In this document: piece after piece, positions 6,074 to 10,993 of the stretch | How positions within the stretch are numbered: the first letter of the stretch is position 1 | How the letters are laid out: each line of letters opens with the position of its first letter | Assembly (NCBI GenBank): GCA_003133025.1 | Contig: PKZK01000023.1 | Span: 1,879 to 12,871, forward strand | Origin: Vulcanimicrobiota bacterium | GTDB taxonomy: Bacteria > Vulcanimicrobiota > Vulcanimicrobiia > Vulcanimicrobiales > Vulcanimicrobiaceae | Reading direction: 5' to 3' | DNA: 10,993 nucleotides | Notes under the pieces: model-generated | Told to the model about the DNA's origin: nothing | The model's input: only the letters and a program-made list of their open reading frames with translations | The model's database searches: none | Position numbers and translations under genes: made by a program

Positions 6074-8578
6074 TCACACCTCGACGAGTTGTTCGATGTG
6101 TCCGGCGACCTCGCCGATCAGGCGGTCCGCCTCGTCGCCCGTCGTACCCTCTGCGTACACGTTGAGGATCGGGTCCGATGCATCGGGCAGCACCAGAAAC
6201 CACTCGTCGCCGTTGAGCGCGACGCGCACGCCGTCGAAGAGTTCCATCTCGCGGCCTTGATTTTCGACCACGATGGTGCGCATGATCTCGCCCTTGCGCT
6301 CCCACGGACAACTGATCTTCCGGTGACGCAGAAACCAGTGCGGCAACAGGTCGTTGAGTTCGTGCAACTTGCAGCCCTCGAGCGCCAGCAATTCCATCAC
6401 CTTGACGATCGCGTAGAGCGCGTCGAAGGCGGGCTGGAACTCGGGGAAGACGGGCTCCTGGTTGACGCCGCTGCCGTAATCGAGGGTCTCGCGTTGCGCG
6501 TCGGCCAGCGCCATCATCGAGCGTCTGTCGCTGCGCGTGCGCGTCATCGTTGCGCCGAGCGAGCCCGCGAGACGTTCGATGGCGGACGGCGTCGTGACCG
6601 GCACGGCGAGGCGTGCGTTGGCCTTGCGCCTGCACACCATCAGGGTCACGAGCGCCAAGAGCCGGTTTCCCGCGATCACCCGTCCGAGATCGTCGACGAG
6701 CGCAAACGACTCGCCGTCGTGGTCGACGAGCACGCCGAGATCCGCGCCGAGGGTCATGGTGATCGTGCGTAACTGCTCGATGTAGCGCTCGCGGTCGACG
6801 CGGAACGTGCGCGATTTGCTCTCGTCGTAATACGCGTCGAGCGCGATGATGTCGACGCCCAAATTGGAGAGGATGCGCGGCAGCACGATCGAGGCGTTGC
6901 CGTAGCCGTAGTCGACGACCACTTTGAAGCCGGCCTTGGGCAGCGCGCGCGGTTTGAGCGCGGTCAGAAACTCGCCCGTGTAGATTTCGAGCGAACGTGC
7001 CGGAAAGGAGAGCAGGCCCACTTCGTCCATGCCGGTGCGCCGGAAATCCTCGCGGAAGAACAGGTTCTCGATCTTGCGTTCGGTCGACTTGTCGACGTTG
7101 ATGCCGCCCGCGTCGAAGAGTTCGATGAGCAACGAGTTGGGCTCTTGCGGATCGATGCGCGTGTGCACCCCGCCGTCGCCGCCGATGCGCGTCGAATAGC
7201 GCGCGAGCGGCAGCGGGATCGAGCGCAGATCCTGGACGTTGACGCCCACCGAGAGTAAGCCGGAGATGATGCAGCGGTTCATGATGCGCGCGGCGGGATG
7301 GGCGTCGCGGCTGGTCATGATCGTTTGTCCGGGTTTGACGTGCGAGCCGAACGCCTGCCCGAGCTTCATCGCGAACTCGGGCGTGATCTCGACGTTGGCA
7401 AGACCCGTGACCCCGACGCCGCCGAAGAGCGAGCCCGGCCACTTGATGCCGTAGATCAGCGACATCGAAACGATCGAGCCCGAGCTGACCGTCTTTTCGG
7501 GCCAGAGCTTGATATTGGGACGGATCACGGCGTTGCTGCCCAGCGTGCAGTTGCTGCCGACGACCGAACCTTCGCCGATCGTGACGTGGTCCTTGACGAT
7601 GTTGCGGTCGGCCAGCGTGCACTCGGTGAGCGCGCTGAATTCGCCGAAGTAGCCGTCTTCCCAGGCGATCGTGCGGTGCAGTTTGGCATGCTTGGCCACG
7701 ATGCCCGCGTTGCCGATGACGGTCTCCGCGCCGACGATCGCGCCCGCTTCGACCGTGACGTTCTTGCCGAGCACGACCGGCCCGAGGATGTGCGCGCCGG
7801 GATCGATGCGGCAGCCCTCGCCCGTCCAGACGCCGGGGCTGGTCTGCGTTCCCGGAATTTCGACGCGCACGCGGCCGTTGAGCGCATCGTAGTTTGCTTG
7901 TTGATACTGCTGCAGGTTGCCGATGTCGGTCCAGTAGTCGTCGGTGACGAAGCCTTGCACGAGCTTGCCGTCGTGGAGCAGCCGCGGGAAAATGTCGCGC
8001 GAGAAGTCGTAGCTCTTGCCGCGTTCCATGTATGCGAAGACGGCCGGATCGATGACGTAGATGCCGGTGTTGATCGTGTCGGAGAAGATCTCGCCCCACG
8101 ACGGCTTTTCGAGGAAGCGCGTGATCCGCCGGCTGTCGTCGGTGATCACCACGCCGAACTCGAGCGGGTTGCTCACGCGCTGCAACGCGATCGTGGCTTG
8201 GGCTCCCGTCCGTGCGTGCTCCGCCAGGAATGCGGTGAGATCGAGATCGGTCAGCGCGTCGCCCGAGATGATCAGGAACGGCTCGTCCTTGAGCGCCTCC
8301 TCGGCGAGCTTCACCGCCCCGGCCGTACCCAGCGGCGTATCTTCGACGACGTAGCTCATCGAGACGCCGAACGCGCTGCCGTCGCCGAAGTAGCTTTCGA
8401 TTTCGTCGGCGAGGTAGTGCAGCGTCGCCACGATTTCCACGACGCCGTGCGTGCGCAGCAGGTCGACGATGTGCTCCATCACCGGCTTGTTGACGACGGG
8501 CGCCAGCGGTTTGGGCCTGCGCGACGTAAGCGGACGCAGCCGCGAGCCCTCGCCGCCGGCCATCACAACCGCTTTCAT
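6074..8578 (-). CDS. Mannose-1-phosphate guanylyltransferase-like nucleotidyltransferase + hexapeptide (LbH) domain + phosphoglucomutase/phosphomannomutase-like domain fusion
   Basis: 834 aa. Nucleotidyltransferase motifs [54 protein letters not shown]. Hexapeptide repeats at about aa 250-370. PGM/PMM-like region from [12 protein letters not shown] onward. SD GGAGG at 8591-8587. Confidence 0.9.
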   Translation of the reverse strand: MKAVVMAGGEGSRLRPLTSRRPKPLAPVVNKPVMEHIVDLLRTHGVVEIVATLHYLADEIESYFGDGSAFGVSMSYVVEDTPLGTAGAVKLAEEALKDEPFLIISGDALTDLDLTAFLAEHARTGAQATIALQRVSNPLEFGVVITDDSRRITRFLEKPSWGEIFSDTINTGIYVIDPAVFAYMERGKSYDFSRDIFPRLLHDGKLVQGFVTDDYWTDIGNLQQYQQANYDALNGRVRVEIPGTQTSPGVWTGEGCRIDPGAHILGPVVLGKNVTVEAGAIVGAETVIGNAGIVAKHAKLHRTIAWEDGYFGEFSALTECTLADRNIVKDHVTIGEGSVVGSNCTLGSNAVIRPNIKLWPEKTVSSGSIVSMSLIYGIKWPGSLFGGVGVTGLANVEITPEFAMKLGQAFGSHVKPGQTIMTSRDAHPAARIMNRCIISGLLSVGVNVQDLRSIPLPLARYSTRIGGDGGVHTRIDPQEPNSLLIELFDAGGINVDKSTERKIENLFFREDFRRTGMDEVGLLSFPARSLEIYTGEFLTALKPRALPKAGFKVVVDYGYGNASIVLPRILSNLGVDIIALDAYYDESKSRTFRVDRERYIEQLRTITMTLGADLGVLVDHDGESFALVDDLGRVIAGNRLLALVTLMVCRRKANARLAVPVTTPSAIERLAGSLGATMTRTRSDRRSMMALADAQRETLDYGSGVNQEPVFPEFQPAFDALYAIVKVMELLALEGCKLHELNDLLPHWFLRHRKISCPWERKGEIMRTIVVENQGREMELFDGVRVALNGDEWFLVLPDASDPILNVYAEGTTGDEADRLIGEVAGHIEQLVEV

Positions 8579-8582
8579 CGAA

Positions 8583-10298
8583 TCAACCTCCCCGGACTCG
8601 CGCCCGGACCCCGGCGGCCAATCGTGCGATGCTCTCGTCGCAGGCGATGTCGTCGAGGCGAATGCGAGCCTTTCTTCGCCAATTCGGATATTCGCCGTAG
8701 GTTCCCGGCAGATTCACTTGGTCGATTTCGCCCAGCGCGTCGTCGAGTTGCACGAGCACGATTCGGGCCGGGCTTTGCGCCAGAAAGCGATAGGCCGCGG
8801 CGACCAGCGGAGCGTAGGCGCCGGCGTCCCGTTCGCCCGCGTCGATGCGCCCGTGCAGCGTCTCGACCTCATCGTGGGAGAGTTCCCCGGCGGCCTGCAC
8901 GGCTTCGAGCAAGCGCGTCGCGTCGAGCCGCCGGAGCGCGCGCGCTGCAGCGAGCGCGGCCGCATCGAGTTCGCCGAAGGCGGCGCGCACGTCGAGATCG
9001 CGCCCGAGCACCCAGCCGGGCAGCGTGGGCAGGTCGTGCGTGGTGGCCGTGGCGAGAGCGAGTTTCGGATACGCCGGCGGCGCGTGAAAATTGCCGCCGC
9101 CGTCGCGTTCGAAGAGCAGGAGACGGTACGAGAGAATCGCGGCGCTTTCCATCCGTTCGCGAAAACCGTCGGGCACCGTGCCCAGATCCTCGCCCACGAT
9201 CACGCAACGGGCCGCGTTGCTGGCTTCGGCCGTGAGCCCGAGCAGCAACTCGAACGGATATGCCACATACTCGCCGTGAGCCGCGTCGCTGCCCAGCGGG
9301 ATTTGGAAGAGGCGCAGCAACGACATCACATGGTCGATGCGTAACGCCGCGGCAAAGCGCGTGGCGTCGTGCAGCAGCGCGGCGAAGGTGCGACCGCCGC
9401 CGGCTTCGAGTGCGACCGGATCGAAGGGTGCGAGTCCCCAATTCTGGCCGAGCGGGCCGAGCGGGTCGGGCGGCGCTCCGACCGTGCGGTCGAGCAGATA
9501 TGCTTCCCGGTCGCTCCATACGTCGGCGCTGTTTGCGTCGACGCCGACCGCCATGTCGAGGTAGAGGCCGGCGCTCTGCGCATCGGCGGCAACCGCGGCG
9601 AGTTGCTCGTGCGCGACGAATTGCAGGTATTTATAGAAGTCGATCCGCGCGCGCTCGCGCCGCGCAAAGCGCGAGACCGCGGATCCGCGCGGGTCGCGAT
9701 AGCTTTGGGGCCAAGTGAGCCAGCCGCGGGTGCGGCCGCCGTCGCGCGCGTAGCGCTCGTTGAGCGCTTCGTAGCGCGCGAATCGCTCGAGCGCCGGCCC
9801 GGCCGCGGCGCAGAAGGCGGCGAATTCGCGTCGGCGTTCCCCGTTCGCGCGGGCCTCGAAGGCCGCGTACAACGCCTCCAAGGCGAGCCGCTTGCAGCGA
9901 CCGACGAGCGCGTACTCGACGCGTGGTGAAGCGCGCGCGCGTTCGAGGTCGTCCGTCAAGGTCGCGAGCAACCCTGCGAGCGACGGCGGGTCGAGCGCGA
10001 ACTCGGGCACGGCCTCGACGTCGATATAGAACGGGTTGAGGAAGCGGCGGCTCGTCGGCGAGTAGGGACTCGCCGCCTCGGGATCGAGCCAGTGTAGCGC
10101 ATGCAGCGGGTTGATGCCCACCAGATCCGCACCCAGATGCTTGGCCAGGCGCGCGAAGTCGCGCAGGTCGGTGAAGTCGCCCATGCCCCAGTTGCGCTCC
10201 GAGCGCAGCGCGTACAGATGCGCCGCGAAGCCCCAGGCGCGTCCCGAGCCCTCCCAGTCGGGCGGAAGGAAGCAGCGCGGGCCGAGGCCGTCGCTCAC
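8583..10298 (-). CDS. malQ: 4-alpha-glucanotransferase (amylomaltase, GH77), about 571 aa
   Basis: Motifs [83 protein letters not shown]. Likely start GTG 10298, overlapping the glgX stop (GTGA). Confidence 0.95.
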   Translation of the reverse strand: MSDGLGPRCFLPPDWEGSGRAWGFAAHLYALRSERNWGMGDFTDLRDFARLAKHLGADLVGINPLHALHWLDPEAASPYSPTSRRFLNPFYIDVEAVPEFALDPPSLAGLLATLTDDLERARASPRVEYALVGRCKRLALEALYAAFEARANGERRREFAAFCAAAGPALERFARYEALNERYARDGGRTRGWLTWPQSYRDPRGSAVSRFARRERARIDFYKYLQFVAHEQLAAVAADAQSAGLYLDMAVGVDANSADVWSDREAYLLDRTVGAPPDPLGPLGQNWGLAPFDPVALEAGGGRTFAALLHDATRFAAALRIDHVMSLLRLFQIPLGSDAAHGEYVAYPFELLLGLTAEASNAARCVIVGEDLGTVPDGFRERMESAAILSYRLLLFERDGGGNFHAPPAYPKLALATATTHDLPTLPGWVLGRDLDVRAAFGELDAAALAAARALRRLDATRLLEAVQAAGELSHDEVETLHGRIDAGERDAGAYAPLVAAAYRFLAQSPARIVLVQLDDALGEIDQVNLPGTYGEYPNWRRKARIRLDDIACDESIARLAAGVRARVRGG

Positions 10299-10993
10299 GC
10301 GCGCGAACGCATGAGCACGAGCGAACGCGCGGCCACGATGCGCTCCGCGGCGAGCGCGGTCTCGGCGCTGACCGCGCTCGCGTCCGGGCCTGCGGCCGTG
10401 TCGACCAAGACCTCCCAACCGCACTCGTGCGGCGGCGGATAGACCGCGACCGGAGCATCGTGTGCGTTGAGGTACATCAGCAACAGCCGGTCTTGCGCTC
10501 CGGGCGTCTCATCGCCGAAGACCAAGCCCATGAAACGCAGGCCCGGGTCGTGCCAATCGGCTTCGCTCATCTCCGTGCCCGCTGAGGTCAGCCAGGTGAC
10601 GTCCTTGCGCAGGCCGTCGGCGAGCGGCGCGCCGTTGAAGAAGCGCTCGCGGCGTAACGCAGGCTGTTCGCGCCTGATGCGCAGTATCGTCCGCACGAAC
10701 TCGCGTAAACCGGGATCGGCGGGCGTGGTCCAATCGAGCCAACTGACCTCGTTGTCCTGGCAATAGGCGTTGTTGTTGCCTTGCTGCGTGCGGCCGAGTT
10801 CGTCGCCCGCGACGAACATGGGCACGCCCTGGGAGAAGGCCAGGGTGGCCAGGAAGTTGCGGCGCTGCCGCGCGCGCAGGTCGAGCACGGCGGGATCGTC
10901 GGTCGGCCCCTCGACGCCGCAATTCCAACTGATGTTGCCGCTGGATCCGTCGCGGTTGTCTTCGAGGTTGGCCTCGTTGTGTTTGCGATCGTA
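10295..10993 (-). CDS. glgX: Glycogen debranching enzyme GlgX/TreX (GH13), C-terminal part (5'-truncated by window edge)
   Basis: Frame is open from 10993: YDRKHNEANLEDNRDGSSGNISWNCGVEGPTDD...LAFSQGVPMFVAGDELGRTQQGNNNAYCQDNEVSWLDW. Stop TGA at 10297-10295. Confidence 0.96.
   Translation of the reverse strand, partial: YDRKHNEANLEDNRDGSSGNISWNCGVEGPTDDPAVLDLRARQRRNFLATLAFSQGVPMFVAGDELGRTQQGNNNAYCQDNEVSWLDWTTPADPGLREFVRTILRIRREQPALRRERFFNGAPLADGLRKDVTWLTSAGTEMSEADWHDPGLRFMGLVFGDETPGAQDRLLLMYLNAHDAPVAVYPPPHECGWEVLVDTAAGPDASAVSAETALAAERIVAARSLVLMRSRA

Noticed and set aside
6060..9344. Long alternative ORFs 6060..8099 (-), 7298..9235 (+) and 8451..9344 (+)
   Set aside because: Shadow or off-frame ORFs over well-supported genes, typical of high-GC DNA, with no recognisable motifs.
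10299..10424. ORF-track start of malQ at 10424
   Set aside because: It overlaps glgX by about 130 bp with low-complexity Arg/Gly sequence. GTG 10298 in the GTGA overlap is more plausible.
1..10993. CRISPR arrays, tRNA/rRNA, IS elements, integrases, frameshifted pseudogenes
   Set aside because: No spaced direct repeats, cloverleaf, transposase or integrase motifs, or broken frames were seen by eye.

Overview
High-GC bacterial chromosomal window with two convergent gene blocks. The + strand carries the 3' end of aconitase acnA, a GT-B/GT4 glycosyltransferase, a crotonase-family enzyme coupled to it by an ATGA overlap, and a 141-aa hypothetical protein. The - strand carries an alpha-glucan operon: the 3' part of glgX, malQ, and an 834-aa sugar-1-phosphate nucleotidyltransferase fused to a phosphomutase-like domain with degenerate catalytic motifs. 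Two tandem paralogous 463/464-aa regulators follow (helical TPR-like N-terminus, C-terminal LuxR HTH, about 63% identical by hand count). The most notable signal is absent from the ORF track: a 39-aa peptide gene (2981->2862, MLEHALVWALIHLVQVAHHFAIIPNDFPPPPCGVIIPCG) just downstream of the regulators. It has a perfect GGAGG RBS, and upstream lie a CATAAT -10, no good -35, and a 20-bp palindrome centred near -43.5, the geometry of LuxR-activated promoters. I infer a candidate peptide-signalling module (TPR-like LuxR receptor pair plus Cys/Pro-rich peptide). This is a hypothesis; no database searches could be run.
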